Positions 26,600-35,863 of a DNA stretch of 36,446 nucleotides are shown here, piece by piece. Location: the sequence record SRR2962707_691. One strand, 5' to 3'. Below the pieces are notes generated by a model that was not told the origin of the DNA, searched no databases, and was given only the letters and a program-made list of their open reading frames with translations. Made by a program: the position numbers and the translations under genes. Within the stretch, counting starts at the first letter, position 1, and every line of letters starts with the position of its first letter.

Positions 26600-26839
26600 C
26601 TAGTTGCCGATGTTCTTGCGGACGAAGGTCACAGCATAAAAAAGCTCGCCTTCGAAGAGATCCTTCGGCGCGCCCATGCCTTCGATCATCTGGAACTTGC
26701 GCTGAACGATCTGGCCTTCCATGCGGTAGCCCTTTTCGCTCATGTTCCGGCGATGGAATTCCATCGCGGCGGGGGTGAAGTCCCGTGCGAGAACGGTGAT
26801 GCGTTCGGGCAATTCGCTCGTCTTGGTCTCGTCGGCCAT
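26600..26839 (-). CDS. Hypothetical protein
   Basis: 79 aa ORF with AGAGAG RBS-like sequence and host codon usage. Confidence 0.7.
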   Translation of the reverse strand: MADETKTSELPERITVLARDFTPAAMEFHRRNMSEKGYRMEGQIVQRKFQMIEGMGAPKDLFEGELFYAVTFVRKNIGN

Positions 26840-26958
26840 CTGTCTCTCTAGCTTGTTCGTTCAGCGTGGTGCCGGGTCCGGCGGTTGCGGGGCAGTATGG
26901 GGCGGGGGAGGGGGCTTGTCGATAGGTCTGCTCAGCCAACTGCGCACCGATTACGCAC

Positions 26959-27957
26959 CTACAGGAGGGGTTGTGAAGGGGCCGTGAGCGATACGTAAAG
27001 CAGGGACAGGCCGAGTACGACGAGCGCTGCGCCACCTGCGATCTTGAGGCCCCGTTCGATGCGGAAAGCCCATGGGCTGTCGACCTGTCCGGCGGCGCGA
27101 AGGGCCAGATTCTTGGAGAAGACAGTCAGGATCGCGAGTGTCGAAACCGTGATCGCGGTACCGACCGACATGGCCAGCGCCGATACGACGCCGACCGCGA
27201 ACGCGCCTTGCGTCACCGAAAACAACAGAACCAGCACAGCGCCGCTGCAAGGCCGCAAGCCGACCGAGAGGATCATGGCGGCCATGCCCTTTATTCCTCT
27301 GGCGGCGCGGATTTCGCCGGGTGTGGGCATGTGTGCATGATCGTGTCCGGCGTGATCGTGCCCGTCATGCGTGTGCCCGCCGTGATCGTGCGGATGATGG
27401 CTATGGGCGTGATGATGGCGGCCCTCCCGGATTGCGCGCCAGAGAAGCCACGCGCCGACGGCTGCAATGAGGACGAAACTTGCGCGCTCAATGATCGGTA
27501 CCGCATCGGCTGTGCCTCGATGCGTCAGGCCGATGATGACGGCGAGAAGGCCAACCGTGACGATGGCGGTCACGGCTTGCGCGAAGGCGGACAAGAACGC
27601 GATCAGGATACCGCGCTTCACTTCGCGTTCGTCGGCGAGGAGGTAGGAGGTCACGACGATCTTGCCGTGTCCGGGTCCGGCCGCGTGGAAGACACCGTAG
27701 AGAAAGGAAATCGATATGAGGCCCCAGGCGGCGGCGACGGACTGTTGCAGGTTCACCGCCCTCAGAGCGCCCGCCATGGCGCGGTAATATTCCTGCTGCA
27801 TCGCCATGATGTAGCGTGCCGCGCCGTCGAGAATGCCGGGTTCGGAGGCGGGCGCGGTTTCGGCGCCTCCGGGCACGGCGAACGGGCTTTGTGCGGCGGC
27901 CGGTTCGGACATTGCGGCCGCCATCAACAAGAGAAAGATCAGCGCGACGATCCTCAT
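26959..27957 (-). CDS. Nickel/cobalt transporter (RcnA/HoxN-like)
   Basis: YGVFHAAGPGHGK motif, His-rich loop, GLRPCSGA; ATGA-coupled to the upstream gene. Confidence 0.9.
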   Translation of the reverse strand: MRIVALIFLLLMAAAMSEPAAAQSPFAVPGGAETAPASEPGILDGAARYIMAMQQEYYRAMAGALRAVNLQQSVAAAWGLISISFLYGVFHAAGPGHGKIVVTSYLLADEREVKRGILIAFLSAFAQAVTAIVTVGLLAVIIGLTHRGTADAVPIIERASFVLIAAVGAWLLWRAIREGRHHHAHSHHPHDHGGHTHDGHDHAGHDHAHMPTPGEIRAARGIKGMAAMILSVGLRPCSGAVLVLLFSVTQGAFAVGVVSALAMSVGTAITVSTLAILTVFSKNLALRAAGQVDSPWAFRIERGLKIAGGAALVVLGLSLLYVSLTAPSQPLL

Positions 27958-28607
27958 GTGGCCGATGCACAGGCGACGGTGGCGACAGGCGCGAAATAAG
28001 CACCAAGTTGCGACGAGGAGTCCGTGAAAGCGGCTTCCGGCAATGTCGTCCATACGTTCTCGACATTCGGTGTCTCTATCCCGGTCTCGCAGCCTGCCGG
28101 CACGGTTCCGGTCATGCGAACCGGATCGTCTTTCAGGTAGTCGATGGAGATGTAGTAGGACGGATCGTATATCCGGATTTTCGCGGGTGCGGTTGTGGAG
28201 GGAGCTTGCGGGGTTTCAAGCGGGACAACGAAGGAAAGCGTCAGCCGTCCGGTCTCATCGTCCCAGACCGACTTTCCATCTTTTGCCTTGCCGGTGACGA
28301 GCGTCTCGCCTCCCGCGGTTACCTCAGTGAAGTAGTTCCACTCCTCGAGGTTTTCGAGGTTCACATCCGTCAGGCCGGCAAGCAGTTCTTCGCTATAGCC
28401 GTCTCCGGTTTTCTCGGCGCCCTCGACGGCGAATGCCGAGTAAAATTCGTCGAAGGTCCAACTGACGCCGATAGCCGCGAGGCGGCCTTCCGCGTCAAAA
28501 TGTAGTTCCGTCCGCATGTCGATCCAGACGTGAGGATGCGCATGACCCGGAGAGGCCGGCAGGGACCAGAGGACAAGCGCCAACAGCATCGTTACACAGG
28601 CTCTCAT
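27954..28607 (-). CDS. DUF1007 family periplasmic protein
   Basis: Signal peptide then HPHVWID; WTFDEFYS and YDPSYY motifs. Confidence 0.85.
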   Translation of the reverse strand: MRACVTMLLALVLWSLPASPGHAHPHVWIDMRTELHFDAEGRLAAIGVSWTFDEFYSAFAVEGAEKTGDGYSEELLAGLTDVNLENLEEWNYFTEVTAGGETLVTGKAKDGKSVWDDETGRLTLSFVVPLETPQAPSTTAPAKIRIYDPSYYISIDYLKDDPVRMTGTVPAGCETGIETPNVENVWTTLPEAAFTDSSSQLGAYFAPVATVACASAT

Positions 28608-28631
28608 CCCGGTCTCCTGTACTGAGGTGCT

Positions 28632-29771
28632 TTAGTAGCCTTCGAGCGTCGCGTAGCGATCCTTGTGGAAATTGCCGTCGCCGAAACTTGCCGACGCGAC
28701 GCGCGCGCGCTTCATGAAGAGACCGACATCGAACTGGTCGGTCATGCCCATGCCGCCATGCATCTGCAGACCCTCGTTGGTCGTCAGCGTGGCGACATCG
28801 GACAGGCGCGATTTTGCGAGGCTTGCGAGCAGCGGCACATCGTTGCGCCGTTCTTCGATGGCGGAAAGAGCGTCGAGCACTACGGAGCGGCAGAGCTCTA
28901 TCTCGGAGAAGAGCACGGCCATGCGGTGCTGCAGCGCCTGGAACGAACCGATCACCTTGCCGAATTGCTTACGTTCCTTGAGGTACTCGAGCGTCGTGTC
29001 GAAGGTCTGCTGAACAAGCCCCAGCATCTCCGCCGAAAGGCCGATGCGGGCGATGTCGAGCACCTGCTCCAGCACATCGTTGCCGCCATCGGCCGAGCCG
29101 AGGACAGCCGATGCGGGGACGGCGACATTGTTGAATTCGATATTTGCCGCATTCCGGCTGTCGACCATGTGGGTCCGTGTGACCTTCACGCCCTCGGCCT
29201 TGGGGTCGACGAGGAAGAGCGTGATGCCGGAGCGGTCGGTTTCATTGCCGCTTGTGCGCGCCACCACGATCAACTGCTCGGCGACATGGCCGTCGAGAAC
29301 GAAGGTCTTGGCGCCGGTGATGCGATAGGACGACCCGGTCGCTTCGGCGCTGGTCGCGATGCGCATGGGATTGTGGTGGGGGCCCTCTTCGAGGGCGAGC
29401 GCCATGATGCGGTCGCCCGCCGCGATGGCGGACAGAATTTCCTGCCGCTGCGTCGCGTTGCCTGCGAGCTGCACGGCGGAACCGCATAGCAGTACCGTGG
29501 AAACGAGGGGGCTCGCCGCCAGTGTGCGGCCGGCCTGTTCGAGCACAAGGCCGAGACCCACTGGGCCGAAATCCGTGCCGCCGTATTTCTCGGAGATCAT
29601 GATGCCCGCGAAACCGAGATCGGCCATTTCCTTCCAGGCAGCCTGGTCGAACCCCATTGCATCCTTCGTATCGCGCAGCTTGCGCAGATTGGCGATGGGC
29701 AATCTCTCCTGAAAGAACTGCGTTGCGGTGTCTCGGAGAAGCTGCTGCTCCTCGGTTAGTACAAGTGCCAT
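28632..29771 (-). CDS. Acyl-CoA dehydrogenase, PimD-like subunit
   Basis: LTEEQQLLRD, RKQFGKVIGSFQALQHR and QMHGGMGMT motifs; C-terminal FGD without the IYEG glutamate. Confidence 0.92.
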   Translation of the reverse strand: MALVLTEEQQLLRDTATQFFQERLPIANLRKLRDTKDAMGFDQAAWKEMADLGFAGIMISEKYGGTDFGPVGLGLVLEQAGRTLAASPLVSTVLLCGSAVQLAGNATQRQEILSAIAAGDRIMALALEEGPHHNPMRIATSAEATGSSYRITGAKTFVLDGHVAEQLIVVARTSGNETDRSGITLFLVDPKAEGVKVTRTHMVDSRNAANIEFNNVAVPASAVLGSADGGNDVLEQVLDIARIGLSAEMLGLVQQTFDTTLEYLKERKQFGKVIGSFQALQHRMAVLFSEIELCRSVVLDALSAIEERRNDVPLLASLAKSRLSDVATLTTNEGLQMHGGMGMTDQFDVGLFMKRARVASASFGDGNFHKDRYATLEGY

Positions 29772-29849
29772 CTCGTCCCGGATTTGTTGTTTCTGTTCAA
29801 GGGGCGGCAACCGCACTGACGGAGCGCGGCCGGTATCTCTGGATGCGGA

Positions 29850-31046
29850 TCAGTCGGGTAGGCCGAGAACGCGCTTCGACACGACATTGAGCTGCACCTC
29901 GCTCGTTCCGCCTTCGATGGAGTTGCCTTTGGAGCGAAGCCATGAGCGGGTGATGCCGATTTCGTCGTCGTCAAAACCGTCGCCTTCCCAGCCGAGCGCC
30001 TTGGTGCCCATCAGTTCGAGGAGCAGCTCGTAGCGGCGCTTGTTGAGTTCGGTGCCGTAGTATTTGAAGATCGAGCTTGCGGCGCCGGGGCCCTGTCCTG
30101 CTTTCGCTTCTTCGGCGGAGCGCTGCATGGTGATCGCAAAGGCCCGGCCGTCCATCTTCTGCTGCGTGATGTGTTCGCGGAGCGAGGGGCTCGCGACCTT
30201 GCCGTCTGCCTCGCCGAAATATTCCTTCGCCACCTGTTCGAGGCCGCCGAGGCCGCTGCCCGAACCGACGCCGCCGAGGCCCATGCCGGAGATCATCTCG
30301 CGCTCATGCTGAAGCAGGCGCTTTGCGATGGTCCAGCCCTTGTTGAGTTCGCCGACGAGGTTTTTCTTCGGCACCTTCACATCGGTGAAGAAGGTTTCGC
30401 AGAAGGGCGAGGCGCCGGAAATCATGGAGATCGGACGCGCTTCGACGCCGGGCGACATCATGTCGAACAAGAGGAAGCTTATGCCTTCATGCTTCGTCGT
30501 CGGATCGGTGCGCACGAGGCAGAAGATCCAGTCGGCCTTGTCGGCATAAGACGTCCAGATTTTCTGACCGTTGACGAGATAGTGGTCGCCCTTGTCCTCG
30601 CACTTCGTCTGAAGGCCTGCGAGATCGGAGCCCGCGCCCGGCTCGGAATAGCCCTGGCACCAACGGATTTCGCCGCGGACGATCTTCGGCAGGTGTTCCT
30701 TCTTCTGTTCTTCGTTCGCGAATTCGAGAAGGGCCGGCCCAAGCATCCAGATACCGAAGCTCGACAGCGCGGGCCGCGCCTTGATGCGCCGCAGCTCTTG
30801 TTGGAGCACCCGGTTCTCTTCCTTGCTGAGGCCGCCGCCGCCATATTCCTTCGGCCATGTCGGCGCGGTCCAACCCCGCGACGCCATGCGGTCGAGCCAG
30901 AGCTTCGCATCAGGATTAGAGTATTTGGCGTTGCGGCCGCCCCAAACGGTTTCGTCCTCGGAAGCCATCGGCGTTCGCATCGACTTCGGGCAGTTCTCCT
31001 CGAGCCATGCCCTCGTTTCCTGACGGAATTTTTCCAGCGCTTCCAT
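29850..31046 (-). CDS. Acyl-CoA dehydrogenase, PimC-like subunit
   Basis: WPKEYGGGG, WCQGYSEPGAGSDLA, NGQKIWTS and SIEGGTSEVQ motifs. Confidence 0.93.
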   Translation of the reverse strand: MEALEKFRQETRAWLEENCPKSMRTPMASEDETVWGGRNAKYSNPDAKLWLDRMASRGWTAPTWPKEYGGGGLSKEENRVLQQELRRIKARPALSSFGIWMLGPALLEFANEEQKKEHLPKIVRGEIRWCQGYSEPGAGSDLAGLQTKCEDKGDHYLVNGQKIWTSYADKADWIFCLVRTDPTTKHEGISFLLFDMMSPGVEARPISMISGASPFCETFFTDVKVPKKNLVGELNKGWTIAKRLLQHEREMISGMGLGGVGSGSGLGGLEQVAKEYFGEADGKVASPSLREHITQQKMDGRAFAITMQRSAEEAKAGQGPGAASSIFKYYGTELNKRRYELLLELMGTKALGWEGDGFDDDEIGITRSWLRSKGNSIEGGTSEVQLNVVSKRVLGLPD

Positions 31047-31139
31047 GTTGTTTTCTTTCCAGTCGGCGGTTCCCGTTGCTGACAGAATATCAGCCACCCC
31101 CGTCGTGGCAACCTGCTCACAAGGGTTATTCGGGGAGCT

Positions 31140-31168
31140 AAAAAGGGCCGGTCACGGCGCCGGCCCTT
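31140..31168 (-). terminator. Intrinsic terminator after the acyl-CoA synthetase
   Basis: AAGGGCCGG/CCGGCCCTT stem with a T run on the minus strand. Confidence 0.6.
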
Positions 31169-31192
31169 CAGGCTTTTTGAGCGAAGCAGGCG

Positions 31193-32806
31193 TCAGGCCG
31201 CGCCGAGTTCCTGCTTGGCAAACTCGGTCACGGTCTTGTAGTCGGCCTTGCCGTTGGCGGCCCGGAAGGCGACGGATGTGCCTATCAGGATGCGTTTGGG
31301 CGTCTTGTAGCCCGCAAGCTGGCTGCGCACATGGGAACGCAGAGTCTCTTCATCGAATGTTGCGCCCGGCGAAAGCTTGACGACACCGGTCACGGCCTGA
31401 CCCCATTTTTCGTCGGGGATGCCCACCACCAAGGCATCCTCCACCCAGGGATGGGTCTTCAGGGCTTCCTCGATTTCTTCGGGGTAGACCTTTTCGCCCG
31501 CCGTATTGATGCAGGCCGAGCCTCGGCCGAGCAGCGTCAACGTGCCGTCCGGCTCGACGAGGCACCAGTCGCCGGGGATCGAATAGCGCTCGCCACGCAC
31601 GGTCTTGAACGTCTTGGCGCTCTTTTCCTCGTCCTTGTAGTAGCCGACGGGGATCGGCGCGCCGAGCGCGATGAAGCCCGGCTTGCCGGAGCCCGGCACG
31701 ACGGGTTCGTCTTGCTCGTCGAAGACCTTGCAGCGTTCGCCGATCTGGAACTTCGCCGTGGCGATCTCGCCATCCTTCGTCATCAGCGATGAGCCGAGGC
31801 CGACGGCCTCAGACGCGCCGAAGCTGTCGGTCATGATGGCATTCGGCATGTGTTTCAGAAGGCCGCGCTTCACTTCCGTCGACCACATCACGCCGGAAGA
31901 AATGATGGTGACGATGGATGAGAGATCGTATTTGCCGGGTGCTTCCTCGAGCGCGCGCAACATCGGCTTTGCGAAGGCATCGCCGACGATTGCGACCTGC
32001 TGCACCTTGTTGCGGTCGACGGCCGCCCATAATTCATGCGGTTCCAGCGACTGATTGTCGAGGGTCACGATGCAACCGCCCGACATCATGTTGCCGAGAG
32101 CGGTCAGGAGGCCCGTACCATGCATCATCGGGCAGGCAGGGATCATGGGGCCGGCCGGTCCCACTTCCTTGATCGCTTCCATCAGCGCCGGCAGCGTCTC
32201 CGGGACCGGGCCGAGGCGGCGCAGCGCTGCAAGCTGCACTTCGCGCAAATCGTCGTGCCGCCACATCACGCCTTTCGGCATGCCGGTCGTGCCGCCGGTG
32301 TAGATGAAGAGCAGGTCGTCGGGCGAACGCTTGATATCGAGCTGTTCGCCGTTGCCCGTGGTCGCGAGGTCTTCATAGCGTTCCGCGAAGGGGGCGATCT
32401 CGCCGCCGTCGTTCACTTCGATGTAGGTTGTGACCTTTGAGAGGCGCGGGCGGATTTGCTCGATCGTGTCGCGGAACTCGCTGCCGTAGACAACCGTCTG
32501 CGCGTCCGAATTATCGAAGATGTAGAACACTTCGTCCGGCTTGTAGCGGTAGTTGACGTTCACATGCGTGAGCCGCGCCTTGAAACCGCTCGCCAGCAAC
32601 TCGCCATACTCCGGCCGGTTGCGCATGTAGAAGGCGAGCTTGTCGCCGGGTTTCGCGCCGCGTTCGATGAGCGCGCGGGCCAGGTTGTTGGTGCGTTTCG
32701 TGGTGTCGCCCCAGGTGATGCGGCGGTCGTCGTGCACGAAGGCCGGTGCGTCCTGCGGCAGTACGGGCGAGATGGCGTCGAGGATGTCCCCGAAATTCCA
32801 AGGCAT
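31193..32806 (-). CDS. Acyl-CoA synthetase (FadD19-like)
   Basis: VNVNYRY, YTGGTTGMPKGVMW, IVGDAFAKP, GYYKDEEKS and GEKVYPEE motifs; GGGAGG RBS. Confidence 0.93.
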   Translation of the reverse strand: MPWNFGDILDAISPVLPQDAPAFVHDDRRITWGDTTKRTNNLARALIERGAKPGDKLAFYMRNRPEYGELLASGFKARLTHVNVNYRYKPDEVFYIFDNSDAQTVVYGSEFRDTIEQIRPRLSKVTTYIEVNDGGEIAPFAERYEDLATTGNGEQLDIKRSPDDLLFIYTGGTTGMPKGVMWRHDDLREVQLAALRRLGPVPETLPALMEAIKEVGPAGPMIPACPMMHGTGLLTALGNMMSGGCIVTLDNQSLEPHELWAAVDRNKVQQVAIVGDAFAKPMLRALEEAPGKYDLSSIVTIISSGVMWSTEVKRGLLKHMPNAIMTDSFGASEAVGLGSSLMTKDGEIATAKFQIGERCKVFDEQDEPVVPGSGKPGFIALGAPIPVGYYKDEEKSAKTFKTVRGERYSIPGDWCLVEPDGTLTLLGRGSACINTAGEKVYPEEIEEALKTHPWVEDALVVGIPDEKWGQAVTGVVKLSPGATFDEETLRSHVRSQLAGYKTPKRILIGTSVAFRAANGKADYKTVTEFAKQELGAA

Positions 32807-32943
32807 TGGTGTCCTCCCAGACTCTATGATGCGGGCTGCCGCCTCTTCGGGCGGTTTCAGCCAATTCTTTTGCCGCTCAATATACAGAGAATCGCGGAGC
32901 GGTCATCCGTGGTTTGGGCGCGGTATCGGCACGGCACGGGCAC

Positions 32944-33831
32944 TCAGCAGGGCAAGGCGGGGCCGTCATCCGCGCTTGCGACGACGCAGGTGACGGATGT
33001 GCCGGGCGCTCCGGCCTTCAGGAGATTGTCGATGACGTTGCGGAAAGGGCCATCGACGCGCACCGCCGTGTTCGGGTTCATCTGGCCGTTGTAGGGGCGG
33101 CCTGCGATGTGGGTAATCGCGTTCACTTCCGTCGAGTTCACCGCGACGAGGTAGTTCACGCCGCCTTGGCGCAGGATCAACGGGCCGCCGGACCAGCCCG
33201 GCATCATGTCGCAATCGTGATTGAAGACGCGGCTGTCGAAGCCGTTGAGGTCGGAAAAGCGTTTCGGCATGGGGCCGCAATCGCTGGAGACCTGCAGGGG
33301 CCCGCGCTCGCCATTGTGACCGGCGAGCAGGAAGGTTGAGCGTTCCGCGCGCTTTGTGTGGGCGGCGGCTTCGTCGAGCGTCAGCGGAACGAGACGGTCG
33401 AGATGTTCTGGCAGGCGGCGGTCGAGGACTGCTACCGCCCAGTCGTTGTGCCAGTTGCCATAGGGCGACAGCGTGCCGGTTTTCAGGAAGACGATATCGG
33501 CTGCGAGCGCGGGGTCGGCGCCGGGCCGGAACTCGCACTCGGTCATGAATTTCCCGTTTGAACTGACAAAGGCGTGGGCGACCGTCACGACAACGTCGAA
33601 GCGCGGTGTCAGGTGCCCGCCGGGCAGGGTGACGAGCGAGCCTGTGGGGCGGCGCGTGGTGCCTTTGCAGACGATGGTGCCGACGCCGCCCAACCCGTCG
33701 CTTTCGACGATGTTGCGGCGGTCGTCTTCGCCAAAAATGTTGGCGCGGGCGGTGCTGGAGGCGATGAACAGCCCCAGCAGGGTGAGACCCGCCACAAGCG
33801 CCCTATAGCCGACTATGCCGCCTTCATGCAT
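32944..33831 (-). CDS. Secreted trypsin-like serine protease
   Basis: Signal peptide, IFGEDDRR, triad motifs TVAH, DWAV and CDMMPGWSGGP. Confidence 0.85.
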   Translation of the reverse strand: MHEGGIVGYRALVAGLTLLGLFIASSTARANIFGEDDRRNIVESDGLGGVGTIVCKGTTRRPTGSLVTLPGGHLTPRFDVVVTVAHAFVSSNGKFMTECEFRPGADPALAADIVFLKTGTLSPYGNWHNDWAVAVLDRRLPEHLDRLVPLTLDEAAAHTKRAERSTFLLAGHNGERGPLQVSSDCGPMPKRFSDLNGFDSRVFNHDCDMMPGWSGGPLILRQGGVNYLVAVNSTEVNAITHIAGRPYNGQMNPNTAVRVDGPFRNVIDNLLKAGAPGTSVTCVVASADDGPALPC

Positions 33832-33915
33832 TCCGGGACGTCCTCGGAAGCGATCATATGGAGGACCAGAATAGCACGGGCGACGCTGCGTCAGGGAACA
33901 ACAGCGCGTGATCGC

Positions 33916-34548
33916 TCAGGCAGGAGAAAGGGCAGCTTTCCGCCGTTTTTTCATCCAGGCGGCGATGCGGAGGGCGAGCGCGGCGAAGCCGAGGGCGGCG
34001 GTGAGCGCGAAAATCCATTTCGGCTCAGGCGACGTGTCGCTCGTGAGGCGGCCGACATAGGAGTTCATGAAGATCGCCCAGACGTAATAGGCGCCCGTGA
34101 GATGGAGGCGGCGCCAGTTCTTCGGCCCGAGTTTTCGCACCGACCAGTCGTTGGAGGTCAGCGCCATTGCCGCGATGAAGACATAGGCGCCACCGCCGCC
34201 GATGAGGGTGACGATGCCCGGCGTGTCATTGAGCGTGGTGTAAAGTCCAATGATTGCAATGAGATGCAGGAAATGGGCGAGGGCGAAGGAAAGCCCCGTA
34301 TAGCGCCGGTTGCGGCGGAGCCAGCGTGTCGTGGCGGACGGGAAGAGAAACGCCAGCGCGCCGCTCGCGAAGACGATGACGAAGATCAGGAAGGAGAGGC
34401 GGGCCGTGTAGCGGGTGATGTGCTGCCAGATTTCCTGCGTCGTATCGAAGGCGGCGAGGCTGCCAGCTGCGATCAACGCGACGGCCAGGAGGACGGCAAA
34501 GAAGGGCCATATGGGATAAGGACGGGGATAAGTACGGGCGACTGTCAT
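33916..34548 (-). CDS. Ferric-reductase-like/MsrQ-like heme membrane protein
   Basis: About 6 TM helices; RRYTGLSFALAHFLH, ALTSNDWSVRKLG and WRRLH motifs. Confidence 0.8.
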   Translation of the reverse strand: MTVARTYPRPYPIWPFFAVLLAVALIAAGSLAAFDTTQEIWQHITRYTARLSFLIFVIVFASGALAFLFPSATTRWLRRNRRYTGLSFALAHFLHLIAIIGLYTTLNDTPGIVTLIGGGGAYVFIAAMALTSNDWSVRKLGPKNWRRLHLTGAYYVWAIFMNSYVGRLTSDTSPEPKWIFALTAALGFAALALRIAAWMKKRRKAALSPA

Positions 34549-34582
34549 CGTAATGTCACCGAACTGTCACAAAGCGAATTGC
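34539..34582 (+). promoter_or_regulatory. Triple Pho-box-like direct repeat
   Basis: CTGTCATcgta-ATGTCACcgaa-CTGTCACaaag with 11-bp period; 35 of 44 nt identical to the reverse complement of 56-99 by hand count. Confidence 0.65.
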
Positions 34583-34620
34583 CGGACCGTTCGGGCCTCC
34601 GGTTGTTGCGTTCCCGAAAT

Positions 34621-34680
34621 TTTCATACAGACTGTATGAAACTCTATACCCGATCCCGAAATCTCATACAAGCTGTATGA
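34621..34680. promoter_or_regulatory. Two TetR-type operator palindromes
   Basis: Perfect TTTCATACAG-A-CTGTATGAAA (34621-34641) and TCATACAAGCTGTATGA (34664-34680), the latter overlapping the tetR start codon. Confidence 0.8.
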
Positions 34681-35294
34681 AAATGTCCCTGAGCCGTGCC
34701 GCACCTGCCAAGAAGCCCTCCCCGAACCGCGAAAAGCTGATCGCCGCGGCGCGGGCGCTTTTTGCCGGGCGCGGCTACGAGGCGGTCGGCACGGAGGAGA
34801 TCGTGCGGGCGGCCGGCGTCACGCGCGGCGCGCTTTATCATCAGTTCACGGATAAACGCGACCTGTTCCGCGCGGTCTTCGTCGCCATGTTGATGGAGAC
34901 CGGCCAGGAGATTTTTGAGGAGACGATGAAGCGCATCGAGCACGACCGGGAAGACCTCCAGGTCGGCACGCAGGTGATGCTCGACATTTTCAGCCGGCCG
35001 GAAGTGAAGCGTATCGTGCTGCTGGACGGGCCTTCCGTGCTCGGCTGGGCGGACTGGCGCGAGGTACAGCGGCCGTTCCATCTCGCGCTGATCGGCCATG
35101 CGCTCCAGCATCTGGTGGATGAGGGGCTTATTCCCGAGCAGCCGCTCGAACCGCTCGCCGAGGTGATCTCGGGCGCTGCGATGCAGGCGGCGCTCGCCAT
35201 CGCGGAAGCGGAGGACGGAGAGGCCGCGCGGGAAACCTATGGCGCGAGCCTCATGCAGCTTCTCTCGAGGCTCGGGGCGCCGACCAATGCGTGA
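34677..35294 (+). CDS. TetR/AcrR family transcriptional regulator
   Basis: REKLIAAARALFAGRGYEAVGTEEIVRAAGVTRGALYHQFTDKRDLF. Confidence 0.93.
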   Translation: MKMSLSRAAPAKKPSPNREKLIAAARALFAGRGYEAVGTEEIVRAAGVTRGALYHQFTDKRDLFRAVFVAMLMETGQEIFEETMKRIEHDREDLQVGTQVMLDIFSRPEVKRIVLLDGPSVLGWADWREVQRPFHLALIGHALQHLVDEGLIPEQPLEPLAEVISGAAMQAALAIAEAEDGEAARETYGASLMQLLSRLGAPTNA

Positions 35295-35301
35295 GGCGGG
35301 C

Positions 35302-35754
35302 ATGGCGAGGCGGAAACAAAAGGGAGAGACGGCATCGCGCTTTCGACCCTTCGCGAATCCGAAGGTGGCGCAAGCCATCGAGAGCTATCCGCCAGCGGTG
35401 CGGACACGACTGATGGCGCTCCGGGAAACGATCTTCGACGTGGCGGATGCGACGGACGGCGTCGGCCAAATCGAGGAAACACTCAAATGGGGGCAGCCCG
35501 CTTATCTGACGACCGAAAGCGGCACGACGATCCGTCTCGACGGCACGAAGGATGGCGGACATGCGCTTTACGTTCATTGCCAGACCAGTCTCGTCGACAA
35601 CTACCGAGCGCTCTATGACGGCGTACTTCGCTTCGAGGGCAACCGGTCGATCCTGTTCGATGCGGACGACAAGCCGCCGAAGGCAGCACTTGAGCACTGC
35701 ATCCGCATGGCGCTGACCTACAAGGTGAAGGGTAAAGCTGAGAAGCGGCGATAG
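35302..35754 (+). CDS. DUF1801 family protein
   Basis: LMALRETI, EETLKWGQPAY and ALTY motifs; the start may instead be 35287. Confidence 0.82.
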   Translation: MARRKQKGETASRFRPFANPKVAQAIESYPPAVRTRLMALRETIFDVADATDGVGQIEETLKWGQPAYLTTESGTTIRLDGTKDGGHALYVHCQTSLVDNYRALYDGVLRFEGNRSILFDADDKPPKAALEHCIRMALTYKVKGKAEKRR

Positions 35755-35758
35755 GCCC

Positions 35759-35785
35759 ATGGACCCCGGCTTTTGCCGGGGTGAC
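35759..35785. repeat. REP-like palindromic element
   Basis: Minus strand GTCACCCCGGCAAAAGCCGGGGTCCAT resembles the GTCA...hairpin...TCCA repeats common in alphaproteobacterial intergenic regions. Confidence 0.6.
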
Positions 35786-35809
35786 ATTTCTGTTTTTGAT
35801 CCACACAAC

Positions 35810-35837
35810 AAAAAAGGCGGCTTCCGGAGAAGCCGCC
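35810..35837 (-). terminator. Intrinsic terminator
   Basis: GGCGGCTTC/GAAGCCGCC stem with T6 on the minus strand. Confidence 0.75.
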
Positions 35838-35863
35838 CTTGGTTTGTTCGATGTGAAGTGCCG

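Noticed and set aside
56-34582. The two inverted 44-bp arrays as terminal inverted repeats of a 34.5-kb transposon
   Set aside because: No transposase is present, the enclosed genes include housekeeping backbone, and the 11-bp period fits transcription-factor boxes better.
33574-34680. 368 aa plus-strand ORF
   Set aside because: It is antisense to the protease and MsrQ-like genes and runs through operator DNA; its composition is shadow-like.
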